DNA of 64,000 bases. Source: Alkalispirochaeta sp. GTDB taxonomy: Bacteria; Spirochaetota; Spirochaetia; DSM-27196; Alkalispirochaetaceae. A model generated the notes under the pieces. That model saw nothing but the letters and a program-made list of their open reading frames with translations, ran no database searches and was not told the origin of the DNA. Position 1 is the stretch's first letter, and each line of letters begins with the position of its first letter. This document shows positions 10,550 through 20,653 of this stretch, piece after piece. A program made the translations under genes and the position numbers. The stretch spans positions 4,032,001-4,096,000 of the forward strand of contig OZ271854.1 in the NCBI GenBank assembly GCA_965601925.1, in the 5' to 3' direction.

Positions 10550-10940
10550 GAAGCACGCCTTTAGATGCTACAGCTTATCATCGTGTACAGCGGTGGGACT
10601 TGAACCGTGGCGCGCGGATGCTTGCATCCGCTGGGGCAGCAGCGATTGTCTGCAATCGCGAGAGCCCTCAAGTCCCGTCTCCGGTATAGCGTGACTTACG
10701 TGAGACGTGGCTTTCACTCTATATAGGCGCAGGGATTTGAACCGTGGTCTGCGGATGCTCGCATCCGCTGGGGCGGCAGCGATTGCTTGCAATCGCGAGA
10801 GCCTTCAAGTCCCGTCTCCGGTAGAAGCACGCCTTTAGATGCTACAGCTTCCCATCGTGTACAAGTGTGGGACTTGAACCGAAGGTACGCGGATGGCCGC
10901 ATCCGCGGGGGCGGCAGCGATTGCCTGCAATCGCGAGAGC
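10531..10940 (+). repeat. Three tandem 137-bp units, each starting with the tRNA-Leu 3' end
   Basis: TCAAGTCCCGTCTCCGGTA at 10531, 10668 and 10805. Each is followed by a 45-bp variable segment and a conserved GGGAYTTGAACCG..GCGGATG-N4-CATCCGC..GCGATTG-N4-CAATCGCGAGAGC block. Confidence 0.92.
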
Positions 10941-10982
10941 GGAAACGGGTAGAGTTCGCTGGGCGCGATGTGTCGCTTCCAA

Positions 10983-11189
10983 TTACCGCGGGTGTGTGTA
11001 CCGCGGTGAGGATTGCGACCCGTCCCACACGCGACGCGCCTCGGTCTCGGCGTCGGCGAGCGCGTTGGCCGCCGCAATGCGCTCGTACAGCGCTCGACGC
11101 GCCTTTTTGCGATCGTCGTCGTTGTATACAACCAAGGAGCCGCCGGCACCCGCACGACGACGTGCAACGGATCTCATCTCATCGGTCAT
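10983..11189 (-). CDS. Small hypothetical protein (68 aa)
   Basis: Strong RBS AAGGAGGGG 5 nt before the ATG; divergent from the Crp-family gene. Confidence 0.5.
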   Translation of the reverse strand: MTDEMRSVARRRAGAGGSLVVYNDDDRKKARRALYERIAAANALADAETEARRVWDGSQSSPRYTHPR

Positions 11190-11251
11190 AGCTCCCCTCC
11201 TTACTGTGGTGTCATCATCGTCACTACGGTACCCCTGCTCGGAATCGACTT

Positions 11252-11269
11252 CCAGGACATATGTCCTGG
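11252..11269. promoter_or_regulatory. Perfect 18-bp palindrome, probable site for the adjacent Crp-family regulator
   Basis: CCAGGACATATGTCCTGG in the divergent intergenic region. Confidence 0.7.
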
Positions 11270-11318
11270 GACGCCTAAATTACGAGCGTTACAATGGTAG
11301 GTAGAGAGGGGTCGACTC

Positions 11319-11990
11319 ATGGAATCGGAACACGCGAACGCCGTGATACGGCATTACGTTTCAATGTTTGAAATGGAGCGCTTTCTCAACGACGATCTCT
11401 TGAAGAGCCTGAGGCTCTTTACCTTTCCCGCGTATAGCGTGGTCTTCGCCGAGTGCTCCGAGTTGCGCTATCTGTACTTTCTGGTGGAGGGACAGGTTCA
11501 GTGCTCTCACTACCACATGAACGGAAAACTCGCGGTGATCGCGCTCTCCACTCCGTTCTCCGCTATGGGAGACCTCGAGATACTGAGTGAGAAGCGCGTA
11601 AACAGCAACGTCATCGCAACGCAGAAGACGACGATGCTGGGCATCGCCGTCTCCACGGTGCAACGGTACGGCGCCGACGATCCGCGATTTCTGCGTTTTC
11701 TCATCGACCAGCTGCGAGAGAAGATTTACAACAGCAACTCCTTGCAAACGAGCACCGTACTCCCGGTGGCGAGTCGCCTCGCGCTGTACATCTTATCGCG
11801 CCCGGTATCGACGGGCGGCGATACGATCACCCTCCCCGATAAAGAGAGTCTGGCGTCGCTCTTGGGGACGACGCATCGGCACCTGAATCGTGTCATCGGC
11901 GATCTGGTCTCCGCCGGCGGTATCGGTGACGCATATCCGGCGGTACGAGTCATCGACCGTTCGACGCTGGTAGAGCTTGTCGAACGGTGA
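11319..11990 (+). CDS. Crp/Fnr family transcriptional regulator (YeiL-like)
   Basis: YLYFLVEG, GDLE cNMP-like domain; HTH LASLLGTTHRHLNRV. Confidence 0.88.
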   Translation: MESEHANAVIRHYVSMFEMERFLNDDLLKSLRLFTFPAYSVVFAECSELRYLYFLVEGQVQCSHYHMNGKLAVIALSTPFSAMGDLEILSEKRVNSNVIATQKTTMLGIAVSTVQRYGADDPRFLRFLIDQLREKIYNSNSLQTSTVLPVASRLALYILSRPVSTGGDTITLPDKESLASLLGTTHRHLNRVIGDLVSAGGIGDAYPAVRVIDRSTLVELVER

Positions 11991-12161
11991 AGCTGTGTCC
12001 GTTCGGTGAAACTCGCCTCTGGTTCTCTCAGATCGAAGTCACGGAAACGGCAATCTCGCTCGCCGAGTGTCAAAAAGAGGCGTGGCTACACGTGCTCGCA
12101 ACGGCTCGTCTCCAACTCAAATCCCATTCGGTTACGGCGATGCACCGATGGCATATCCACT

Positions 12162-13670
12162 TTAGGAGGCGTAAAACGCGCGCATATCCTCGAAAAACGC
12201 AACTCGACTCGCGTCCCATGTGTAGAACATATGGCCGCCGTCATAGTGCTTCACGGTAAGCTTTGCTCTCTGGTCGGGCGTCAGCTTCATCAGGTTCGTA
12301 ATGCGATCGGTAGCGAAATACGGCGTAACCAGGTCGAAGATCCCGTGACAGAGCCACACCTTCATGTCGGAGTTGAGGCTCATGCCGTACCGGAGGTCGT
12401 CGGTCGCTCCGACCTGCGTCTCCAATGCGTGCGTTCGCGTATCCACCTTCCAACTTCGGTTGACGGTGTGGCTGAGCAGATTGTAGTCGCGGTCGGTCTC
12501 GAGTCCGATCGTGGTGCGCAGTTGCGTGTTAATCCCCGAAGCGAAGACGCGATCGACCTGGTGCAGCGTCGGATCGGGACCGTTGTACTCGTCACGGTCG
12601 GGATACGGATCGGTTACCGTACGGGATGCGTCGTACAGGCCGAGATGGAGGCGCTCGGGTCGCCGCAAGTTCTTTACAAAGTAGAGAATGTCGACCTTAC
12701 CGTTCTTTGCGATCACCACGTCGCGGCTTAAACCGATGAAATCCGCCGCGCGTCGGAGGATGCGCACTTTCGCCTCCTCGCCGTACAGATCACCGGTCGC
12801 GAGAATCGGAAGCAGCTCACGTACGCCGAAGGTCGCCGCCCGCTCCATGTAATCACGGAGTCCCTCCGACGGCCGAAGCTTGCGCGCCTTCCCGTGTTGG
12901 AAAGCGGCGGCGGCCATCGTCGGAAAGGTATCGAGCCACATGAGCGTGTCGTAGTCCGATCCGTTCAGCAGGGTGAACTCCAGCGCCGGCGATATGATCA
13001 CCGCACCGGCGAGACCGACGCCGTATTCCTGTTGTGCCATGCGTGTTAGTTTGGCGGCGCGAAAGCCTCCGTAGCTCTCACCGGCGACGTAGACCGCACT
13101 CTCCCACCGGTGATGAGTGGAGAGGAAGGTGCGCATGAACTCGCACAACGACTCCAGGTCACGCTTCACCTGCCAGTATTCCGACCGTTCCTCCTCCGTC
13201 TCGTCCTTCTGCGTTCGATCGTCCGATTCGCTCTGCGACCGCTTCTCGTCGTTCTCTTCGATCATACGACTGAAGCCGGTACCCACCGGATCGACGAAGA
13301 CGAGATCGGTGAACTCCAGCCAGCTTTCCCGGTTGTCGACAAGGGTAAACGGCGGGGGTGGAGCGCCTCCGTACTCGGTAAACTGCGCGCGCCGCGGGCC
13401 GACCGCCCCGAGATGCAGATACACCGAGGAGGCGCCGGGTCCACCGTTGAAGACGAAGGTGATCGGACGCGCCGCGGCCTCGTCGCGTCCCTCCGCGATG
13501 TACGCGACGTAAAAGATCTCCGCCTTCGGCTTCTCGCGCTTGCGTAGTACCAACCAGTCGGCATGCGCGGTGTAGCTCAATCGACCGTCGCGATGGACGA
13601 TTGCAAGCTGCTTACGCGCGCCGCTCGGCGGCGTGTACACCGAACTCTTTTCACTCTCTTGACTCGCCAT
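12162..13670 (-). CDS. Serine carboxypeptidase, peptidase S10
   Basis: FNGGPGASS, DLVFVDPVGTGFS, GESYGG nucleophile, FDLVTPY, YDGGHMFY. Confidence 0.93.
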   Translation of the reverse strand: MASQESEKSSVYTPPSGARKQLAIVHRDGRLSYTAHADWLVLRKREKPKAEIFYVAYIAEGRDEAAARPITFVFNGGPGASSVYLHLGAVGPRRAQFTEYGGAPPPPFTLVDNRESWLEFTDLVFVDPVGTGFSRMIEENDEKRSQSESDDRTQKDETEEERSEYWQVKRDLESLCEFMRTFLSTHHRWESAVYVAGESYGGFRAAKLTRMAQQEYGVGLAGAVIISPALEFTLLNGSDYDTLMWLDTFPTMAAAAFQHGKARKLRPSEGLRDYMERAATFGVRELLPILATGDLYGEEAKVRILRRAADFIGLSRDVVIAKNGKVDILYFVKNLRRPERLHLGLYDASRTVTDPYPDRDEYNGPDPTLHQVDRVFASGINTQLRTTIGLETDRDYNLLSHTVNRSWKVDTRTHALETQVGATDDLRYGMSLNSDMKVWLCHGIFDLVTPYFATDRITNLMKLTPDQRAKLTVKHYDGGHMFYTWDASRVAFFEDMRAFYAS

Positions 13671-13850
13671 TGTATGTTCAGACTATGCGCTATTTTCGAT
13701 CGAGACAACGGTACGGACGATATCGGCGGAACGTAGTACTGCCGGCGTCATACTCCGTGCAATTGCGGTCGGCGACCGATATTCGGTATAACTGAGGCTA
13801 AGGCGCTCAATATCGCCGCGCCGTCACGCCCTATAGAAGGAGTCCCGAAG

Positions 13851-15539
13851 ATGTCCGCACCAACGCTTATCACCCGCCTGAGGCCGTCGAACATCCGCGC
13901 CGACATCTTCGGCGGCGTAACGACCGCCGTCGTCTCGCTGCCTATGGCGTTAACCTTCGGGGTGACCTCAGGAGCCGGGGCTGAGGCGGGGCTCTACGGC
14001 GCGGTTCTGGTCGGACTCTTTGCCGCGATATTCGGCGGTACGTCGACATTAATATCCGAGCCGACCGGTCCCATGACGGTGGTCATGACGGCGGTAATCA
14101 CGCGGTTAGTCGCGACCAATCCGGAGCACGGACTCGCCATGGCGTTCACCACCGTGATGGTCGCCGGGCTGGTCCAAATCGCATTCGGTGTTCTGAAGTT
14201 GGGCCGCTATATCACGATGATGCCTTACAGCGTCGTTTCGGGATTTATGTCGGGCATCGGTGTCCTGTTGGTCTTTACGCAAGTCGGACCGTTGTTGGGG
14301 CAGAGCGCACCGGCGGGCGGCGCCATCGGTGTGATTCGCGCGTTGCCTACGCTGATTGCCCAAGCGCACCCATCGGAGATGGTCCTTGCGGCGATAGCGC
14401 TGTTCATTCTCTTTGCCGTACCTCGCAGGGTGCGCCGATTCGTGCCGCCGCAACTGCTGGCGCTGACGCTCGGCACCATCATCGCGATCATAGCCTTTGA
14501 TCGATCGGGCATCCGTACGATCGGCGCGATTCCGACGGGTCTGCCTCGCCTTGTCCTCCCGACATTTACCGGTGGACAAGCGACTCAGATCGTTCTCGAC
14601 GGCGTCATTCTCGGGCTTTTGGGATGTATCGATTCGCTCCTTACCGCAATGATTGCCGACAGTCTCACGCGTGAACACCACGATTCCAATCGCGAGCTCA
14701 TCGGTCAGGGTATCGGCAACCTGGTATCCGGGCTCTTCGGCGGTCTACCGGGGGCGGGTGCGACGATGGGAACGGTCGTCAACGTTCAAACCGGCGCGCG
14801 AAGTCCTCTGGCGGCGGTAATTCGTTCGATCATTCTCTTGGCGGTTGCCGCAGCCGTAGCGCCCCTTCTCAGTGTGATACCGATGACCGTTCTCGCCGCG
14901 ATCGCCGTGAAAGTCGGAGTCGATATCCTCGACTGGAGCTTCCTCGGCCGTGCGCATCGCATATCGGTAAATGCCACGGTCGTCATGTATTGCGTCATGG
15001 TACTGACCGTTCTCGTGGACTTGATTGTAGCGGTGGGGGTCGGCGTCTTCATCGCCAATATTCTCACTATCGAGCGACTCTCGAAACTTCCTTCCACGCG
15101 TGTCAAAGCGATCGACCCCAGCGGCGAGGCGGTCGTGATGAGTCGCGAAGAACGTTCCCTCTTGGAGCGCGCGCGCGGACGGGTGGTGTTGTTCCATCTC
15201 AGCGGTCCCATGATCTTCGGTGTCGCCCAAGCGATTGCGCGGGAGAGCGCCGCCATGGACTCGAATGCGGAGGTGTTGATCATCGATGTGGCCGAAATTT
15301 CGATGCTGGGCACGACCGTCGCCCTCGCGTTGGAAAACGTCATTCGCGACGCTCGTGGGGCCGGGAAAACGGTCATCGTCGCCGGGTCGTCAGACGAGGT
15401 GTACCGGCGCCTGGTACGGCTCGACGTTCTCGAAGATGGGGTCCGTCTCGCGTCCGATCGCCGCCGCGCCCTCACCGAAGCGCTCGATGTCGTTGCCGAT
15501 ACGGTTCGTGCTTCGTTTTCAGGTACCATCGAGGAGTAA
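13851..15539 (+). CDS. SulP/SLC26 anion transporter with STAS domain (BicA-like)
   Basis: ISEPTGPMTVV, GCIDSLLT, NRELIGQGIGN, PGAGATMGT; C-terminal STAS domain (LSGPMIFG). Confidence 0.92.
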   Translation: MSAPTLITRLRPSNIRADIFGGVTTAVVSLPMALTFGVTSGAGAEAGLYGAVLVGLFAAIFGGTSTLISEPTGPMTVVMTAVITRLVATNPEHGLAMAFTTVMVAGLVQIAFGVLKLGRYITMMPYSVVSGFMSGIGVLLVFTQVGPLLGQSAPAGGAIGVIRALPTLIAQAHPSEMVLAAIALFILFAVPRRVRRFVPPQLLALTLGTIIAIIAFDRSGIRTIGAIPTGLPRLVLPTFTGGQATQIVLDGVILGLLGCIDSLLTAMIADSLTREHHDSNRELIGQGIGNLVSGLFGGLPGAGATMGTVVNVQTGARSPLAAVIRSIILLAVAAAVAPLLSVIPMTVLAAIAVKVGVDILDWSFLGRAHRISVNATVVMYCVMVLTVLVDLIVAVGVGVFIANILTIERLSKLPSTRVKAIDPSGEAVVMSREERSLLERARGRVVLFHLSGPMIFGVAQAIARESAAMDSNAEVLIIDVAEISMLGTTVALALENVIRDARGAGKTVIVAGSSDEVYRRLVRLDVLEDGVRLASDRRRALTEALDVVADTVRASFSGTIEE

Positions 15540-15553
15540 TCCTCGAGACGGTT

Positions 15554-17395
15554 TCATTCGTTCTCGGTGACGAACGCCTGTACCTCCCCCAGGAACGTCT
15601 CGGCGTACCGCTCGAGTTTGCGCATTCCCACGCCGTGACACTCCATAAGCGCCGCCTCGTCGGATGGACGCGTCTCGGCAATCTCGCGAAGCGTGCGGTC
15701 GCTGAAAATGACGTACGGCGGCACGCGTTGCTCCCGCGCGAGACGTAGTCGCACCTCCCGTAAGCGATCGAACAGGGCCGCCCCTTCCTCCGAGAGGGCG
15801 CCCTCAACCGTGCGCTTCGCCGCGGATTTCGGGCGCGACGATCGGCGGCTTTCCGCCCTCCGTGCGGCGACAAACGGCTCCTCTCCGGCGAGCACTGCAC
15901 GCCCGTCACGCGTAATCGCCAGTCCCGAACGGACGCCGCCCTCGCGAGCGAGGAGTCCGCCGCCTTCCAGGTCCCGCAAGAGAGAGAGCCACCACCCTTT
16001 ATCGCGATCGGAACCGACGCCGAAGGTCGGCAGAGCGTGGTGTCCCATGCCGGTGACTCGGTCGGTCGCGTTACCGCAGACGATGTCGGCCAAATGGTGC
16101 GCCCCGAATCGCTGACCGGTCCGATACGCTGCGGACAGAATCTTCTGCGCCGCGACCGTAAGATCCTCCATGACTACTTTCCCGGTGCATACATCGCAGT
16201 TGCCGCACCCTCCGGGATGCTCCTCGCCGAAGTGCGCCAATAGAAGCTTGCGACGGCAGATACCCGAATCGGCGTAGCGCAACACCTCCCGCAGTTGCTC
16301 CTCGGCGCGCTCCCGTTCGTCGCCGTCACGCATCCGCTCGATGTGATATCGAATCGAGGCGATATCGCCCGGTCCGTATAGGAGCAGCGTTTCGGCCGGC
16401 TCTCCATCGCGGGCGGCGCGTCCGGTCTCCTGATAATACGCCTCCAAGCTCCGGGGAAGATCGCCGTGGACGATCCAACGCACATTCGATTTGTCGATCC
16501 CCATGCCGAAGGCGATGGTCGCGACAACGACGTCTACCTCGTCGCGAACGAACGCCTCCTGTCGCCGCGCCCGCGTCGAGGCGTCGAGTCCCGCGTGGTA
16601 TGCAACGGCTCGCACTCCGCGTTCGGTCAGCTTCGCGGCGGTGCGTTCCGTCGATTTGCGCGTCGAGCGATAGACGATCCCCGGCTCGCCGCGGTGATTC
16701 CGAACAAAGTCGAAAATCTGGTTCTCGACGCCCGTTTTGGGAATCACGGCGTACGATATCTCGCGGCGATCGAAACTTGATCGTACCTCAAGGGGGTCGT
16801 GAAGGTGCAGCTGAGAGATGACGTCCCGTTGTACCGCACCGGTCGCCGTGGCGGTGAAGGCGGCGATCGGCGTATCGGGAAACGCGTGCCGCAGCTCGCC
16901 GAGGGAGCGATACTCGGGTCGGAACTCATGTCCCCACTCCGATATACAGTGCGCCTCGTCCACGGCGAACAACTCGATTTCGAGACGCGCCAACTCATCG
17001 CGAAACCACGGTTGCGCGAGACGTTCCGGCGATACGTACAGTAACCGTACCGCGCCGCGTTCAATATCGCGCCACGTACGCTGCGCATCGCCGCGGTCGA
17101 GAGAGCTATTGAGAAAGGCGGCGGCTACCCCGTTTTCGCGCGCGCCGTCCACTTGATCCTTCATGAGTGCGATAAGAGGACTGACGACAACGGTGATGCC
17201 GGTCATCAAAAGGGCCGGCAACTGATAACACAACGACTTGCCGCCTCCCGTTGGAAGTGCGGCAAAGACGTCCCGCCCTTCCAGTATCGCGCGCACGATA
17301 TCCTCTTGATAGGGACGAAACGCGGAGAATCCAAAATGCATTTTGAGCGCCGCCGCGAGGGTGGCGGGAGTGAACTCGTTCATCGGTGCTTCCAT
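15554..17395 (-). CDS. recQ: ATP-dependent DNA helicase RecQ
   Basis: PTGGGKSLCYQ, DEAHCISEWGHEFRP, ATIAFGMGIDK, YYQETGRAARDG, Zn-binding Cys cluster, RQC and HRDC (VPPYVIFSD). Confidence 0.96.
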   Translation of the reverse strand: MEAPMNEFTPATLAAALKMHFGFSAFRPYQEDIVRAILEGRDVFAALPTGGGKSLCYQLPALLMTGITVVVSPLIALMKDQVDGARENGVAAAFLNSSLDRGDAQRTWRDIERGAVRLLYVSPERLAQPWFRDELARLEIELFAVDEAHCISEWGHEFRPEYRSLGELRHAFPDTPIAAFTATATGAVQRDVISQLHLHDPLEVRSSFDRREISYAVIPKTGVENQIFDFVRNHRGEPGIVYRSTRKSTERTAAKLTERGVRAVAYHAGLDASTRARRQEAFVRDEVDVVVATIAFGMGIDKSNVRWIVHGDLPRSLEAYYQETGRAARDGEPAETLLLYGPGDIASIRYHIERMRDGDERERAEEQLREVLRYADSGICRRKLLLAHFGEEHPGGCGNCDVCTGKVVMEDLTVAAQKILSAAYRTGQRFGAHHLADIVCGNATDRVTGMGHHALPTFGVGSDRDKGWWLSLLRDLEGGGLLAREGGVRSGLAITRDGRAVLAGEEPFVAARRAESRRSSRPKSAAKRTVEGALSEEGAALFDRLREVRLRLAREQRVPPYVIFSDRTLREIAETRPSDEAALMECHGVGMRKLERYAETFLGEVQAFVTENE

Positions 17396-17658
17396 TGCCT
17401 ACCTTCGGACTATACTCAAGATACGCTGTTCATCGGAATGCCGCTTGACGTTTTTCGGCAAAGAGGATGCGCGAGCGACTCACCGCCACCCGCGCTTCTC
17501 CCCACACGGCGTTTCCGGACCGGCCCCGCGTCGCTACAACACCCTGGTAACGAAATAGCGTGAACCGTGAAAGAACGCGGCGTATCGTCGCTCTCCGGCG
17601 CCGTTGACGTATTCCAGGACCCATATGACAATAACGGTCAAGATTAGGGAGGCGGACG

Positions 17659-19626
17659 ATGGCATATGAACCGCGGTTTTCGTGGACGGGAGACGCTCAC
17701 ATATCGTCGATGGAGGAGTATAGCGCGCTCTACGAGCAAAGCATAACCGACCCCGATGCGTTTTGGGCCGATCAGGCAAGAGCGCGACTCACCTGGGAGC
17801 GCGAGTTCGATACGGTGCGCGACTGTGACCTCGAAGCCGGAACGATTGCGTGGTTTCTCGGAGGAAGACTCAATGTCGCGCACAACTGTATCGATCGCCA
17901 TGTCGCAACTCGAGGCGATCAGGTAGCGATCCTGTGGGAAGGAGACCGACCCGAGGAGGTGCGCCGCATCACCTATCGAGAGCTTCTCTGCGAAGTATCC
18001 CGCATGGCCAACGTGTTGGTACGCTATGGGGTCCGAAAGGGGGACCGCGTCGCGATCTACCTCCCGATGGTTCCCGAGGCGGCGTTCGCCATGCTCGCCT
18101 GCGCCCGGATCGGTGCGGTGCATACGGTCGTTTTTGCCGGGTTCAGCGCCGACGCCCTCAGAGACCGTATCCTCGATGCCAACGCCGTGGCGGTAATAAC
18201 TGCCGATCAGGGGCTGCGCGGCGGTAAGGTAATTCCTCTCAAACAGACGGTGGACGAGGCGGTCATGGCCTCCCCCAGCGTACGTACCGTCTTCGTCACC
18301 AAACGCACCGGGGCGAAGGTACCCTTCTTTCCTCCGCGAGACGTGGACATCGACGAGGCGATGGTGTCCCAACGTCCCTATTGTCCGCCGGAATCGATGG
18401 ACGCCGAAGATACGCTCTTTCTCTTATATACGTCCGGGAGCACCGGCAAACCCAAGGGCATCGCCCACACGACCGCCGGCTATCTCCTGTATACATCTCT
18501 TACGCATCGTTACGTCTTCGATTATCGCGACGGCGACATATACGCCTGCGTCGCCGACGTAGGATGGATCACCGGTCACAGCTACGTCGTCTACGGCCCC
18601 CTCGCAAACGGGGCGACAACCGTCATGTTCGAATCGACCCCGATCTATCCCGATCCCGGCCGCTACTGGGATATGGTGCAACGCCACCGCATCACTCAGT
18701 TTTACACCGCTCCCACGGCGCTCCGAGCGGTTGCCCGGGAGGGCGACGATTGGGTGACCAAGTACGACCGATCGAGCCTCCGGATTCTCGGCACCGTCGG
18801 CGAGCCGATCAACCCCGATACGTGGGAGTGGTACTACCGCACCGTCGGGGAAGAGCGCTGCGCAGTCGTCGATACGTGGTGGCAGACCGAGACGGGCGGC
18901 ATCATGATCACCCCACTTCCGGGGGCGACGGCGCCGAAGCCGGGGTCGGCCACCTTTCCGTTCTTCGGAGTGCAGCCGGTGGTGTTGGATGAGCAGGGTA
19001 ACGAGGTCGACGGAAACGGCGTGTCGGGCCTCTTGGCGATCAAGGAGGCGTGGCCGAGTATGGCGCGAACCATCCAAGACGACCACCAGCGCTTTCTCAC
19101 CACGTATCTCACGCCGTACAAGGGGTACTACTTCACCGGGGATGGGTGTCGTCGCGACGAGGACGGCTACTACTGGATTACCGGTCGCGTCGACGATGTG
19201 ATCAACGTAAGCGGACATCGCATGGGCACCGCTGAAGTTGAATCGGCGTTGGTCAACCACCCGGCGTGCGCCGAGGCGGCGGTGGTCGGATTTCCCCACG
19301 AGATCAAGGGGCAAGGCATCTTCGCCTACGTCGTTCTCGCTGAAGGGTGGGATGCCGACGCGGAGATCGTCGGCGAGCTTCGAGGCGAGGTTCGCCACCG
19401 CATCGGCCCGATCGCGACACCGGACCACATTCTCGTTGCCGAGGGACTTCCCAAGACGCGATCGGGCAAGATCATGCGCCGCATTCTGCGCAAGATAGCC
19501 GAGCGGCAACACGACTCCGTCGGCGACACCAGCACCCTCGCCGATCCGTCGGTCGTCGACAAGCTCATCGAGTCTCGCTCGGCCCTCCCCGACGAGTGCG
19601 TCACTCTCCACGGGTGCTTCGACTGA
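17659..19626 (+). CDS. acs: Acetate--CoA ligase (AMP-forming)
   Basis: [52 protein letters not shown]. Confidence 0.96.
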   Translation: MAYEPRFSWTGDAHISSMEEYSALYEQSITDPDAFWADQARARLTWEREFDTVRDCDLEAGTIAWFLGGRLNVAHNCIDRHVATRGDQVAILWEGDRPEEVRRITYRELLCEVSRMANVLVRYGVRKGDRVAIYLPMVPEAAFAMLACARIGAVHTVVFAGFSADALRDRILDANAVAVITADQGLRGGKVIPLKQTVDEAVMASPSVRTVFVTKRTGAKVPFFPPRDVDIDEAMVSQRPYCPPESMDAEDTLFLLYTSGSTGKPKGIAHTTAGYLLYTSLTHRYVFDYRDGDIYACVADVGWITGHSYVVYGPLANGATTVMFESTPIYPDPGRYWDMVQRHRITQFYTAPTALRAVAREGDDWVTKYDRSSLRILGTVGEPINPDTWEWYYRTVGEERCAVVDTWWQTETGGIMITPLPGATAPKPGSATFPFFGVQPVVLDEQGNEVDGNGVSGLLAIKEAWPSMARTIQDDHQRFLTTYLTPYKGYYFTGDGCRRDEDGYYWITGRVDDVINVSGHRMGTAEVESALVNHPACAEAAVVGFPHEIKGQGIFAYVVLAEGWDADAEIVGELRGEVRHRIGPIATPDHILVAEGLPKTRSGKIMRRILRKIAERQHDSVGDTSTLADPSVVDKLIESRSALPDECVTLHGCFD

Positions 19627-19677
19627 GGCGGTGCGGCCCTTGCGCGACCCCAAACATTTCGATACCGTCCGACCGAA

Positions 19678-20511
19678 ATGTGGCGTGTTGCAACGGCAAT
19701 ACTACTCGGTCTCGTAATCGCTTTCGTCGGATGTGAGCGAACCATGAGCTCAGTTGTCCTGACGCCCGGCGAGGAATCGCTCGTGCGGGAACTCCGATTC
19801 GACGCCACGATAGTTCTCGATATCAAGCGCCGCGTCGCGGAGCTTGACGAGTGGAGCGGTATCGAGATACGCCGCATGAGTACCGTGCCTCGGTTTCGGA
19901 GTCGGTCACCGCTGACGGATCGCTTGGCGGATGGAATCGTTATCACATTCGATATAGAGCGACCTACCATGGACGAGGCCGCCGTGCTCGGCGACTGGTC
20001 CGCCTTCTGGGCCGGTCTGGAGCGCCTTCGAGCCGGCGAGCGCGTCGTATTTGATCGGAGGACCGCGCTCCGGGAAGCGGGATATCAGATGTATGTCGCA
20101 TCCGACGGTACGACGGGCCCGTACGCCATCGGCTTGGTGCGGTCTCCTGATCGGTACGCGCCCGTTCGATATGCCGGCACCGACGGCGCAAACTACGGGC
20201 TCACGACGGAGGACATCGTTGCTACCCTCCGCAGTTGGGAGGCGTTCGGATCGTTCGATGTGATGGCGGCGGGAGGGACCGGAGCAATGCTCTTCTTCTC
20301 GCGTCTTCCCGACGATCCGGACTCGTTTGTGGAGACGGTACGTGCGTTTTGTCCCGACGCACATGCAGCGGTACCACCCCATCTGTACTCCTATCGAGAG
20401 GCGATGATCCGCGACACTAGGGGCGAGACGGTGGAGAGTATGGAGATCACCGACGCCGCACTGCGCCGGATTCTTCTCGACACTGGAAGAGTCTATCTGT
20501 GGTGGGATTGA
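19678..20511 (+). CDS. DUF4253-like lipoprotein
   Basis: Lipobox FVGC; GTDGANYGLTTEDI, AFCPD, terminal YLWWD. Confidence 0.7.
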   Translation: MWRVATAILLGLVIAFVGCERTMSSVVLTPGEESLVRELRFDATIVLDIKRRVAELDEWSGIEIRRMSTVPRFRSRSPLTDRLADGIVITFDIERPTMDEAAVLGDWSAFWAGLERLRAGERVVFDRRTALREAGYQMYVASDGTTGPYAIGLVRSPDRYAPVRYAGTDGANYGLTTEDIVATLRSWEAFGSFDVMAAGGTGAMLFFSRLPDDPDSFVETVRAFCPDAHAAVPPHLYSYREAMIRDTRGETVESMEITDAALRRILLDTGRVYLWWD

Positions 20512-20578
20512 CGAGATACGGCGCGTTTGCATGGACACGCGCCGCAGTAGCGGCCGGCGTTGCCGGGACCGTCGATCA

Positions 20579-20632
20579 TTGACAGGCGCCGACGGCGCTC
20601 CTATAATAAACTTTCTTTCAGTAACTAAATAA
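20579..20632 (+). promoter_or_regulatory. Consensus sigma70 promoter plus operator-like motif copy 1
   Basis: TTGACA(20579)-17 bp-TATAAT(20602), then AACTTTCTTTCAGTAACTAAATAA (20609-20632). Confidence 0.8.
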
Positions 20633-20653
20633 TTTATGGCGCGAGGTTGAAAC

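Noticed and set aside
10531..10940. CRISPR array
   Set aside because: The constant part is about 92 bp and contains the tRNA 3' end, two of the three spacers are near-identical, and there are no cas genes in the window.
11991..12161. Gene remnant between convergent Crp and peptidase genes
   Set aside because: No frame gave a recognisable protein fragment.
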